Below are positions 38,667 to 50,729 of a stretch of 64,000 bases of DNA, piece after piece. The stretch lies in contig NW_027271004.1 of assembly GCF_040938485.1 (NCBI RefSeq), positions 868,001-932,000 of the forward strand, read 5' to 3'. The DNA comes from Diadema antillarum. Its lineage: Eukaryota. The first letter of the stretch is position 1; each line of letters begins with the position of its first letter. A program made the position numbers and the translations under genes. The notes beneath the pieces are model-generated. The model was not told the DNA's origin. It was given only the letters and a program-made list of their open reading frames with translations, and searched no databases.

Positions 38667-39981
38667 TTATACCCCCGCCAAACGAAGTTTGAAGGGGGTA
38701 TATAGGAATCAGCGGATGGTCGGGCGGTCGGGCGGTCGGTCGGTCGGGCGGGCGGTCGGGCGGTCGGGCGGTCGGTCCGTTGCAAATCTTGCATCGCGAA
38801 CTACTTCCTCAGTTTTCAACCGATTCCCATAAAACTTGGCACAGATGTGTGCCTTGGGTTGTAGATGTGCAAGACGTATTTTTTGACAGTACCCAAAAGT
38901 ACGTTGCCATGGTAACGGCATATTATGGGCAAAAATGGGTACAAATCTTGCGTCGCGAACTCCTCCCACAGTTTTTAATAAATTTTTATGAAATTAGGTA
39001 CAGATGTTCGTCTGAATATGTTAATGTGCAAGACACATATTTCCGCAGTGGCAAAAAGTGCGTTGCCATGGTAACGGCATGTTATTGGTAAAATATAGGG
39101 CAAAATGCTTCATGGCATAACTGCTTCATCAGTGTTCTTCCAATTCTCATGGAATTCATATTGAATGTTTGTCTTAGGATATAGGTCAGCATGACACATT
39201 TCTTGACAGTGACAAAAAGTATGTTGCCATGGTAACAGCTCACATATTATGAGCCAAAATGATGGAAAATTTTGTGTTGCAAACTACTTCCTCAGTTTTT
39301 GCCCAATTTCCATGAAACTTGGTACAGATGTGTGCCTTTGGTTGTAGATGTGCAAGACGCATTTTTTGACAGTACCCGAAAGTACGTTGCCATGGTAACG
39401 GCATATTAATGGCAGAAGATCAAGGAAAGATCTTGCGGATTTAACTACTTCCTCAGTTTTTTGACCAAAGCTTATGAAATGTGGCACACACCTTGATCTT
39501 GGTGGGAAGATGTGGAAGACATATTTTTCGGACGTGTCGGAAGCTGCGTTGCCATGGTAACGGCATATAAATGGCAGAAGATCAAGGAAAGATCTTGCGG
39601 ATTGAACTACTTTCTCTGTATTCGACTGAAGCTCATGAAATGTGGCACACACATTGGTCTTGGTGGGAAGATGTGCAAGACATATTTTTTGGACGTGTCG
39701 GAAGCTGCGTTGCCATGGTAACAGCATGTTAATGGTGGAAGATCAAGGAAAGATCTTGTGGATTGAACTACTTCCTCAGTTTTTGACAAAAGCTTATGAA
39801 ATGTGGCACACACAATAGTCTTGGTGGGAAGATGTGCAAGACATATTTTTTGGACGTGTCGGAAGCTGCGTTGCCATGGTAACGGCATTTAAATGGCAGA
39901 AGATCAAGGAAAGATCATTCCTTGGGTAAGACTGTCATCACGGGGCGGGGGTATTAATCACCTTAAGTGATATTTCTAGTT
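38667..39981 (+). mobile_element. DINE-1/HINE-like (Helentron-associated) non-autonomous element
   Basis: 5' TTATACCCCCGCC with inverted GGGGGTATA; (GGTC/GGGC)n microsatellite; central ~161-bp tandem array; 3' subTIR GGCGGGGGTAT, then a short stem-loop (ATCAC..TTAA..GTGAT) and CTAGTT. Confidence 0.8.
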
Positions 39982-40874
39982 ATGTTCCAAACTATAATGC
40001 AACACTGTGAATGCTTTGTTGAAATTGGTTTCTGTTTGTATCAAACAGAAACTAGATGAACTTTATAAAATTATGATAATTTGAATTAATGTTGATTTCT
40101 AGAGTTGCAAATACAGTTAAAAGATGCATATTCCTATTACCGTACATACAAATTGTATTGTCATACTTCATGATCTTCAGGGATATAATGAAGGCTTTTC
40201 CACTACACATATGCAAATGCTAGTACAGTTGCTAGTGCCTAATCTTGATGACTCGGGCACAAGACCTATGTACTGACGAAGTGACTGTCATGTATGAAGT
40301 GACTGAAATTGATAATCTGAATATCACACAAAAGTCAGTACACAGGCTCACACAACCCACCATAACTTGTTCACACTTGAATGGCACTAACAAGATGAAT
40401 TCATGCAAATTGTCTTTTTGTGTAAGTATCTGGTGAAAGTGTTGACTCTTTTGGTAAGAGGTGAATTTAATGCACCTTGGAATTGTTTCAGTGATATTAT
40501 TGTCCAATTGAAGCTGTGTTCAAGTTTATCAGAGTCCCAACTGAACAGCACAAGCAATGAATCTTTAGGTTTTCCTGATAAGCTTTATGTTCATTCTTTT
40601 CTTGAAATTACAGTGTTTCCTCACTGTAAGGAGATCCTTGAAATTGAGATTTTTTTTCCATGATATCAGCATATTCGTGTTAAAAATCAGGAGCAAATGG
40701 GCTGAAAGAAAAGAATGAAAAAACATAAGACTTGGTTGTATTGTGACCAATGGAAATAGTTTGTTATATTAAGTAGCTCATTATACTGAAGTTCCCATTA
40801 TACTCAGTACAATTGTATCTATGGGAAACAAGCTTTATTGTAAGGACAATTGCATCTCAAAATGGATTATGATT

Positions 40875-41358
40875 GGACTAGAAATTGTCAATGAAGAAAC
40901 AACAGATCCCACGGAATAGTGTTTGAGTGCTATGGTGACATAGGTAAGGACTGAAATTCATGACAGATTGAATGTAGTCAGAACTCAAGTGGCTACCAAC
41001 AGGAGTTGTAAAGAAACCTAGAGTATGTATCCTATTCCAATCATTTGACTAACTTACACAATATCCAGCTAGTCATGATTTCAGTGCCACTTGTGGACAT
41101 ATCGTCACCTGCGTACCCGTACTCAAAAGATATTTTATGGCGTTCAATTTTGTTGGCATGGACATTTTGCATAATATTATTTGATTATGTTTGAAGACTC
41201 CAAGTGTCCTTAGTAAGATGGGCAGTGATGTGAATTTTTTTGTTGAAGAAAATATTAGAGAAAGTTATTTCAGTACAGTGACAGAACACCCAGGACTGAC
41301 GTGGGTAATCTTCAGGCCACAGTGGCTATCTGGAGGACCCCGTAAGGCGTCGGGTTAG
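40875..41358 (+). pseudogene. Possible highly decayed NAD(P)H-binding/flavin reductase (BLVRB-like) fragment
   Basis: Stop-interrupted, frameshifted pieces LEIVNEETTDPTE, IQLVMIS..., TEHPGLTWVIFRPQWLSGGP (cf. LDWTIVRPxxLxxGP). Recognised by eye only. Confidence 0.3.
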
Positions 41359-41480
41359 ATTACCAATAGCTGTTCAAAATGTGCCTCAAAATGAATAGCA
41401 CAGCGGAGTCCATCTCATGAATATGAAAAGCTTGAGAGAGCAAGTGAAATGATTGAGGATTATGTTTTAAGTAGTTTAAA

Positions 41481-42215
41481 ATGCAACATTAAAACAGTGT
41501 GCAAAATACCTGTTTCATTGCCGTGGTAACTTGACCAGATGGGGATACATATACCCTGCTACCACTGTAAACAATCAAATGAAATACACACACACAAACA
41601 TACACATACATCTGTGTGCATGTGTTGGTAAATATACAAAGGTATCTACTTGATTCTCTATTCATGATAACAGTAATACCGAGTGTAAAAAGCTAGAAAT
41701 GTTTCATTTATTGCAGGTAGAATTTTCAGTGGAAATATGCCATGATATTCACTGTACATGTTTACACAGTGTATACATCAACTGGTATGTATATGAAGCA
41801 ATTTAATATGCAGCATTAGAGCAGTGTGCAAAATACCTGTTTCTTTGCAGGGGTTATGTAATTAACCAGATGGGAATATATATACACTGTACTCTGCTAC
41901 CATAGTAAAAATTAAATAAAATACACACACACACACACACATTCATGTGTAAGTGTGTGTTGGTAAATATACAGAGATATCAAATGGAGTCCCGATTCAT
42001 AACAGTAATCAGGAGTGTTTAAAGCTTGAAATGTTTCATTTATGGCCGGCGTATTCATTTCTGTGAAATTATACATGGCATGATATATATGGTACACAAT
42101 GTCTACGTCTACTGATATGTATGCATGTACATGTATTAAGTATTTTAAAATGCAGCATTAAAACAGTATGTGCAAAATACATGTTTCAGTGGAGTGGTTA
42201 TTTAAACAGATGATT
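41481..42215. repeat. Degenerate tandem duplication (~330-bp unit, two copies plus the start of a third)
   Basis: ATGCA.CATTA.A.CAGTGTGCAAAATACCTGTTTC recurs at about 41481, 41807 and 42150. Confidence 0.8.
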
Positions 42216-43705
42216 ATGATTATATATACATGTATAAGACTATTTCCAGCCATAAGGAGAAATGAGGAATAAATGATAGTTTGGGGGAATTTTGATAAAA
42301 AGCATAATAATATTCAGAAACAAATACATGTACATGTATTGCCCTCTCTTGAAAATTATGCATTAATATGGGCTCAGTGAAGCATTGAATTGACAAGAGC
42401 AAAAAAAGACATACCACTAAATTCTGTATGTTAATGAGAAGATACACATGCACAACCCTCTTTCTATTTTTTTAAAGAAAAGGCAGATACAATGTATCCT
42501 CCACCAATGACCAGTTTTCTATGCACATCCAATACATTGTATTACATCCATGATATTTTTTTTTTTGGCATCACTGACAACCTCCCCTAAATTGTATTGA
42601 TGGTACAGTCCTCTACACACACTAAGCCATAAGTGTCCTACTGTGGAGTAGTCCTGAGGCCCCAAATCAATGACAAGGCATTGAAAAACATTGTCAAAAC
42701 CGTAAGGGGAATCCAAAATTTCCCTTTCGGAGCAAATTCCCCTTAAGATACCTCATTTTCATACATATATTCTCCCTATGGACAAGTATATTTATATTTG
42801 TATACGTACATGTATGATTACATGCTCTGTAATCATGGTAATATTATTTTGAATAAAATACATATATGTACAAAAAAGATATTTAAAGCAATGCTACAAT
42901 TACCTGTGGCCTTTCAGTAAACACACACTGCTGACACTTGAACAGTGTACTAGTAATAAAGTTAAAAAGCAGTCTTTTCTTTTCCTCCTCAATGACATTG
43001 TTTGAAGACAAGAATTTTATAAACCGATTCATGAAAAATATACACATTGACCCATCACACACTAAAACAGGATAATCAAATTTTTGTAACATCTTTCGAC
43101 TTTTTAAAGATATTTATGCACATACATAATATCAATGAATTTGACTGGAAATTATATATGGTGTACTGTATACCTGGGTACATATACGCATTGCAATAGT
43201 TTGATGATTAACAAAACAAAACAAACTTCTAGATTTTGTCTTATACACTATGTACACTAAAAAGTAGAAAACCACAACAAAGGGTAGAAACATGCATTAA
43301 AACCCCTTATCATGCATTAAGAAATAATATACATGCACGCCTTAAGGTACACTTTTCTATGCACCACTGTATTTGAATATTTCAGTTGAAAATTGTAGGC
43401 ACTGTTTTGTTGAGCTGAAAGTGTCAGTTTTACTTTGTTGGAATCTTATGTACACACATACTCTTTCCCCTTGATATTTGGCTTGTGTCAAGCTCAGAAC
43501 AAATTTCCAAAACTGTCATTTCAATGATTTGAAGGAATGTCAACAAATTTTGTGAGGTCTTGCGCACACACCACAGCCACAAAAGTGGATGAGTTGTGGT
43601 ATGCCTGAGACTGAAAACATGCAAGTATTTTACCTGTATTTTGCCTGTACATGTATCTTACTTTCAGCTGGTTGCTCACCAGTATAGTGTACGACGCTGT
43701 TGGCG

Positions 43706-43990
43706 CAGTATGCATGTTAATATGAAGAGTTTGTTCTCAAAAACCAATAAGTCAATTTTTGAAGATTTTGAAGTACGGTGTCTGTCATAAAGTACAAAAT
43801 AATACCTTTTAAATGATATATTGGTCACTACATATAAAGGTACATTTTTGAAGTTATGGTCAAAAGAAGCAAAAAATTTCTTATTATTCTCTTTATTTTT
43901 CTTGACCTTTAATCGCAAATATCTCCATTTGGCAAATGTGGACTTATTGGTTTTTGCGAACAAACTCTTCATATGTTCTCTACATACGAG
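43706..43990. mobile_element. Inverted-repeat (MITE-like) segment
   Basis: ATATGAAGAGTTTGTTCTCAAAAACCAATAAGTC is inverted as GACTTATTGGTTTTTGCGAACAAACTCTTCATAT. Confidence 0.6.
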
Positions 43991-44705
43991 TGCCATATAT
44001 CCTGCAGTTCCTGCAGGTGACCATGCCAACTACGCTTGATAAATAAAGCAGGTAAGAGAAGTCTTTGACATTGATAATCAGGCCTGCAGGCGACTCCCAT
44101 AGTAACAAAGTCGTCCGGACTGACAGTTTTCTTTCTTTATAAAATTATCATCATCTCATAATATTCAAACAAATAAAGTATATGAAGATATCTAGATAAC
44201 CATTTTGAGCCCTTAATTTTACTGCCTTGTATCCGAAATTTTGTGATACAGCCTGTACACGTAGTCATTTTTCTCATAACGGGATTGCACTGTATAAAAT
44301 TATTTTCACGAAATTGAGATCTGCCAAATTACACAGAATGTCAAGTTGCTATAGTAGTATATGTATAACATTATATTCGACCTCGAGACAACAAGCATCA
44401 TTTCACATCATGTAGGCCTACATTTTTTTCACATTCATGCTCTCTGAATTGTCCTTAACAGCTTGCGAAGATGACCAATATTTTCATGTTGTACATATCA
44501 AAAACCTCTTGCTGGTACATGTATTTCACGTTGGCTCTGCATTTTCTTTACATATTAATGGTCGCAACAGATGGTCACATCCCTCAGTACACCACAGAGT
44601 ATTTCTCTCTATCGAGAATCCAATCCAGTCACACAAGCACTTTATGTGGTAGATTCAGTTTGCATAATTATAGTAGTATATCAACACTTGACGAGGTACC
44701 GGTAT

Positions 44706-46580
44706 TCATCCGTTGACAGGCAGCGTGATGTCAGGGGGCAACTCCCACACGCAGTCAAGGCAAAGGGCGGATTTGCACTCGTCACAGTCGCCAAATTCCT
44801 TAGCCCGCACGTACTCGGTCTCTACTCCCGCGACCGTCAACTTCAGCCGGCCACGCGACGAAATCGATGAATATGGCTGTCGACTTGGGATTGGCAGGAC
44901 ACTCGATTCGGGTGACGGGCTGCTTGTGCTGTTCCTGAAACGTGTTCCAAGACTTATCTTGACTCTTCCCTTTGCAGATAAGATGTGCGAGGTATCGCTA
45001 GGCTTGGGGGCATCGCTGCCTTCCGTTCCTTCCGTGCCTTCCTCTGGCTCTAGCTCTCGCACAACTTCCTCAGAAATGTTAACAGCTTCTTTGGCGGTAT
45101 CAGCAGCTTCCTCGGAGGTGTTAACAGCTTCTTTGGCGGTATTAGCAGCTTCCTCGGAGATGTTGACAGCTTCTTTGGCGGTGTTAACTGCTTCTTCGGA
45201 AGTGTTGGCAGCTTTCTCTGGGGTGCTGGCAGCTTCCTCGGAGGTGTTAACATCTTCTTTGGCGGTGTTATTAGCAGCTTCCTCGGAGGTGTTGACAGCT
45301 TGTTCGGAAGTGTTAATAGCATCTACTTCCTCGGAGGTGTTAATAGCAGCTTCCTCGGAGGTGTTGTAATTAGCAACTTCTTCTGAGGGATTAACAGCTT
45401 CTTCGGAGATGTTGTCAGCTTCCCCAGAGGTGTTATTAGCTTCCTCGGAAGTGTTAATAGCAGCTTCCTCGGAGGTGTTGACAGCTTCTTCGGAAGTATT
45501 AATAGCAGCTTCCTCGGAGGTGTTAACAGCTTCTTCGGAAGTGTAAGCAGCTTCCTCTGAGGTGCTGGCAGTTTCCTCGGAAATGTTAACAGCTTCTTTG
45601 GCGGTGTTATTAGCAGCTTCCTCGGAAATGTTAACAGCTTCTTTGGCGGTGTTAGCAGCTTCCTCGGAGGTGTTGACAGCTTCTTTGGCGGCGAGAGCAG
45701 CTTCCTCGGAGGTGTTGACAGCTTCTTCAGAAGTGGTAACAGCCGCAGCTTTTTCGGAGGTGTTAGCAGCTACCTGGAAAGTGTTATTAGCAGCTTCCTC
45801 GGCGGTGTTGACAGCTTCTTCGGAAGGGTAAGCAGCTTCATCTGGGGTGATAACAGCTTCTTCGGGGATATTTATAGCTGCTTCCTCAGATGAGGTGTTA
45901 GCGGCTTCTTCTGAGGTGCTAGCTGCTTCCTCGGAGGTGTTAACACCTTCGTTGACGATGTCAGCAGCGACCTGGGATGTGTTAACAGCTTCCTCGGAGG
46001 TATTAACGGCTTTTGCGCAGGTGTTCATAGCAGTTTCCTCGGAGGTGTTAGCAACTTCTTCTGAGGTGTTAACAGCTTCTTCTGACGTGTTATCAGCTTT
46101 GCCAGAGGTGTTGGCTTCATCGGAGGTGTCAGCAGCTTCCTCGGAAGTGTTTATAGCAGCTTCCTCGGAGGTACAAACAACTTCCACGGAGTTGCTAGCA
46201 GCTTCCCTGGAGGTGTTTGCAGCTTCCTTGGAGGTGATAGCAACTTCTTCTGAATTGTTAATGTACGCTTCTTCTGAGGTGTTAGCTGATTCCCCAGAGG
46301 TGTTATTAGCTTCCTCGGAAGCATTTATATCAGTTTCCCAGGAGGTATGAACAGCTTCCTCGGAGTTGTTAGCAGCTTTCCCGGAGTTGTTGGCTGCTTC
46401 TGAGCACAATCTGCCGTTCTTTCTCTCAACAACAGAGTTCATGTCATCCCCATTTAAGCTATGCTTTGTAAAATGTGATCCGCAGTTGGCTTGGTTGTTG
46501 GAAACGTCACATTTTGCCTTGCTATCCTCGCGGATCGGTGGAAATTCACTTGTTGATTTCAGCATGTTTGTGCTTTCCAT
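44706..46580 (-). CDS. Intronless 624-aa acidic tandem-repeat protein (N-T-S-E-E-A-A/V units) with C-terminal CxxC-x4-CxxC
   Basis: 1875-nt uninterrupted ORF; the repeat units differ largely at codon third positions (ACC/ACT, TCC/TCA, GAG/GAA); unique N- and C-terminal flanks; an upstream in-frame TGA bounds the ORF. Confidence 0.7.
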   Translation of the reverse strand: MESTNMLKSTSEFPPIREDSKAKCDVSNNQANCGSHFTKHSLNGDDMNSVVERKNGRLCSEAANNSGKAANNSEEAVHTSWETDINASEEANNTSGESANTSEEAYINNSEEVAITSKEAANTSREAASNSVEVVCTSEEAAINTSEEAADTSDEANTSGKADNTSEEAVNTSEEVANTSEETAMNTCAKAVNTSEEAVNTSQVAADIVNEGVNTSEEAASTSEEAANTSSEEAAINIPEEAVITPDEAAYPSEEAVNTAEEAANNTFQVAANTSEKAAAVTTSEEAVNTSEEAALAAKEAVNTSEEAANTAKEAVNISEEAANNTAKEAVNISEETASTSEEAAYTSEEAVNTSEEAAINTSEEAVNTSEEAAINTSEEANNTSGEADNISEEAVNPSEEVANYNTSEEAAINTSEEVDAINTSEQAVNTSEEAANNTAKEDVNTSEEAASTPEKAANTSEEAVNTAKEAVNISEEAANTAKEAVNTSEEAADTAKEAVNISEEVVRELEPEEGTEGTEGSDAPKPSDTSHILSAKGRVKISLGTRFRNSTSSPSPESSVLPIPSRQPYSSISSRGRLKLTVAGVETEYVRAKEFGDCDECKSALCLDCVWELPPDITLPVNG

Positions 46581-48410
46581 TTGGCTCCGTCAGGTGTTAT
46601 AGGCAGGTGGATATTGCCTCTACAACCTCTCTGCGTTGCAAACTGTCCTACAGCGAATTATAACGTGGAATATAGTATGCTCGCTTCCTGCACAAGCTTT
46701 TATCAGCGTTATCAAAGTCAACAATGTTGACACATTCGACTGCCTCTCAATGACTACGCGGTAGAAGGACTGCACTGGGGAATCCCCAGTGTTGATAGTC
46801 TTAGTTTCTAGCCTAGTTGCCGAGGCGAGGCGATGGTGGGTCCTTGCCATGCTTAAATTGATTGAAAGTGTTTGTCCTTTTTTGAAGAATACAGAACATG
46901 GGTAGATTGTTGTTGACAGTGAGCAGACCTTCAGGAGATGAGTATGCAAGTTTAAAATACGAGGGACTGCAGTAGCTGCAGCGTGGACCCCGCTTTGACC
47001 ACCACACCACCAGTTCAGGTCATCCATACCATTTAATCAGGTAGGTGGTGAAAAAACGTGTGCAGTGGCGGATCTATGGGGGAGGGGGTGGGGTACCATG
47101 CACTATGTAATTAGTAATGCTCGAAAAGCGCACTGAAATTCCCAATCAAATATATACAAGCACACATAATCATATAATAAGTATATATCTTATTATACAT
47201 ATACATTGTAATAAACATACATGTGTACACACACATAGGTGTTCATATATCTCACTAAAATAAAATGGTAAATCAACATTCTGAGTGTTAAATTCAACAT
47301 TCAACAATAGGTTGGAGTGACATTTAAATTGTTGATTTACCATTTCATTCTTATAGTAAATGTATGGATATAGCGTCGATTGTCCGCCACCGGCGTGAAA
47401 CCACCGGCAGTGGACAAGACGCCAAAGCACAGGTACGCCTATTATATATCAATATGTATACACATATATATCAGGGATCAACATTAGCAGTTCAAGTGTC
47501 GGGCCACCAAATTTCCATGAAAGGGTGTGTACAGTTCTGGTCGAGGTAAGGATTTAGCTTTTAACGTCTCGCGAGATATTCAGAACCACTCTATGAGATG
47601 TCACAGGGCAAGCAATTCTAAGGAGTATCAAAAGTTTATTTGATGAAAATCGGTTATTGAAATGGCTGAGATATAAAAAAAGGTGAAACAAAGAGATCCT
47701 TATAAAAGGCGTGGCCTGTAGTATTATATTATTTTTACTTTTTTTGGGGGGGGATATCTCTGCCATTTGAAAACCAACTTTTATCAAATAAACGTTGAAT
47801 CCTTCTTAAAATTACATGCTCTTTCATATTTCATAAGAGGTTCCTCATCTCACTTAGGAATGTAAAAAAAAAAAAGAATCCCCACCTCAACCAGTACTGT
47901 ATACAGCCCCTGGTTATCCTTTGGTGACCCGATTTAAGATTCAAAACAGGTTGTTTGTCTCCATTTATATCGGGCCACTGCATTTTTTTTTTCAGGCCAC
48001 CAAAACTTCATATTTGACAATTGAAAGAGACACCAGAAGAAAAAAAATAGTGGCGAGTCCTGTTTATGAATGTGTATAGCATCTTATTAACCGTCATGCC
48101 AAGCCATTTTTACCGCAACACTATACACCTGGGGTATTTCATGAAGTATTTGTCCGACAAAGTTGTCGGACAAATTTGCTCTCAGCCAATCAGATGCAAG
48201 GATTTTAGTAGCTTGTAATAGTTTGTCAGAGAAATATCCGACCAAAATGCTTCATGAAATGCTCCCCTGATGTCAAATTACTTAAATTTACGTTAAAAAT
48301 GAAGCTAAAAACAGAACCGCCCCCGAAAATTAGGTCAATGCCAAACAGTCATTGAGTTCAATGTTTGAAATTCAACTCACCTTTGTGTGGTGTGGTGTGC
48401 TGTGTTTGTT

Positions 48411-48414
<4 letters not shown>

Positions 48415-48477
<63 letters not shown>
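48415..48477. repeat. (TG)n microsatellite
   Basis: Directly visible. Confidence 0.95.
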
Positions 48478-48478
<1 letters not shown>

Positions 48479-48590
48479 CGGAGTGAGCGATTTAAAGAAT
48501 GGAGGGGCGGTCCCCTCAGGTAGGCATCTCCCTGGCATGGTCTACTCGACTGTGGTTCTGCTTAGTAGATGCTCCATCGAGGTCATTTAA

Positions 48591-48969
48591 AGGGATGGTA
48601 CAGTACAGTGGAGATGAGAATTGGGCTTTAAACAGTTTGAGAGATACTAAGAAAGAACTTGTGATATAGTACAGAACATACCATTTTAAGAGGAATTCAA
48701 AGTTTATTTGATAAAAATCAGGTTTGGAATGACTGAAACATTCAAAAATAAAGTAAAACAAAGCGATCGTAGTAAAGTGTGGGTCCCACACTTTATTACA
48801 ATCGCCCCTTTTTGGATATCTCAGCCATTTTAAAACCAATTTTCATCAAATAAAGGTTCGATTCCTCATAGAATTACATGTTCTTTCATTTCATTAGAGG
48901 TTTCTCATCATTTCACCAAAAAATGTTCGAAACCTGAAATTTGGTCTCAACCAAAACTATACAGTCCCT
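48591..48969. mobile_element. Kolobok-type non-autonomous element, family A, with TTAA TSD
   Basis: TTAA|AGGGATGGTACAGTA...TATACAGTCCCT|TTAA; homologous to 9312-9691. Confidence 0.85.
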
Positions 48970-49192
48970 TTAAAAGAAGGCTGCACCGTTTTTCTAAGCA
49001 GAAACATATTAACAAAATATGCATGTCTTAAAGTGAGTTTTTACTGCAACAAATAGAATACTCTACATTGAGAAAGGGAAGCGTAGATCTGTGTCCAACC
49101 TCCAGATAGGATGGACCCTACTTTGCAGAGGAATTTTGCCCAGGATATACACACGCGGCTGACAATTTCTCCTCAAATTGGGTCGGCCCATA

Positions 49193-49223
<31 letters not shown>

Positions 49224-49349
49224 ACAGACAGATGCAATAACACATGCGCTTGTAAACATGAGTTACTTATTCAAATTCATGAAATACTTCCGTCGAGATG
49301 TTTTTATTGCAACTGATAGACAAATTGCAGCACTTGCTGTCGGGCGAAA

Positions 49350-49420
49350 TATCGGTGGTGTGGTGGAAATGACGCCTGTCCGGAGATCAGAAGGGCGTAG
49401 GTTCGAATCCTGCTCGAGTA
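49350..49420 (+). mobile_element. tRNA-derived SINE head fragment
   Basis: A-box-like TGGTGTGGTGG and B-box GGTTCGAATCC, but no complete acceptor or anticodon stems. Confidence 0.55.
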
Positions 49421-50729
49421 CGTACGCCCATGATATTTTTATCATGGCTACTACTAACATACTGATCAATTCAGTGCTTATTTACGTCGATGTAGGGCAA
49501 CTTGTCAATCAGTTGCAATGAGTAACCTAAGTAATTATTTTGGAAAAGTCCATTCTTACCGTCCATTATTACAACTTACTATAGCATACGTCACACCCGG
49601 GCAAAGAAACAGCACAGTCCACAGTGCATGATGTCAGGTGGCTTTTTCTGTTCAGTTGTTTGTTGTTTCTTAGTTGTTGTTTTTCTTGTAATCAGATCTG
49701 AGTGCAGGTGATCGCGTTATATACGTGTATAAGCTGTAAAAGTCATGCCTGTTCTGAGTATTGAAGAACACGCTTCGATCAATTTTCCACAGTCCATATC
49801 ATATTCTTTATTGTAGAGACCGTATATCCTAAATTTCACTGGAGCCCACAACGGTTTCAGTATATCGCATCACTTCCCTTGATAATTCCTATAGACCTTA
49901 TATATTTGGCCACTCAGAGCTTGAAGATTAAAATTTTAAGCATACAAGTGAAGTGTGTGGAAACATAGGCTCTCTATATGTATCCATATTCCTTTTCCGG
50001 AGTTCACCTCCCCCCCCCCCCCCATTTTTTTCCAGTCAGTAGAGCTATTGGCGCATTGTTATATATGAATTTGTTTCGATTTTATCTGGCAAATCAGTAG
50101 CAAAATCAGTGTGTGTGTGTGTTTTGGCAGATTGTGCATAATGTTTCATATTTAACTATCGATTACTTTTTTCCAGCATTACATCTTTATCAGTATCGTT
50201 TTGTTATCACTGCAACAAAATTGGCTTTTTGAATGATTATGACGTCTTTGATTTGATTTGATTTCTGCTTTCACTTCTTTTAACACTTTATTTATGAAAC
50301 ATTTTTAATATCTATGCAAATAAATTGCATGTTTTTAACCCTATTCTCACCAGCGGGGGGAGGGGGGAGGGGGAGGGGGGGGGGCTAAAATACCCGACGT
50401 TTCGCGTGATTACTCCCCAACGCATGGTGCTCACGCGGCGATAGTTTATGACTTTTTTCTTTCAAGTATCGCGCAACTTTTGTCCCTACCGGGCATACCT
50501 TTATGAAGCCACGCCCCTTTGAAAATAATTCGTCGACCCAAAAATTGCTCAAAAACATGATTTTGTTTACAAATCCAATGTAAATTGTGTTTTTGCAATT
50601 AATTCATATAAAAATAAATATTTTTACTTTCAATGACTGATAATGATTTATTTTAGCATGATTATGCTTTAAAAAGTTTCTGCGACAAATTTTGGCAGGC
50701 TTCCAACCCACAATTCATATCATATTCAT

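Noticed and set aside
38709-39888. CRISPR-like reading of the regularly spaced 14-bp palindrome, and the ORFs across it
   Set aside because: The 'spacers' are homologous to each other (a tandem array in a transposon), the context is eukaryotic, there are no cas genes, and the ORFs are repeat translations.
44713-46350. Plus-strand ORFs (218, 89 and 167 aa) rich in LAASSEV
   Set aside because: Antisense shadows of the longer uninterrupted minus-strand repeat ORF.
46620-47027. 135-aa minus ORF as an independent gene
   Set aside because: No recognisable motif or splice support; kept only as context for the island finding.
49350-49420. Functional tRNA gene
   Set aside because: A and B boxes are present, but there is no paired acceptor stem, anticodon arm or T-run terminator.
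50336-50690. piggyBac-like element starting TTAACCCTATT
   Set aside because: Only one plausible end was seen; no matching right TIR or TTAA was found.
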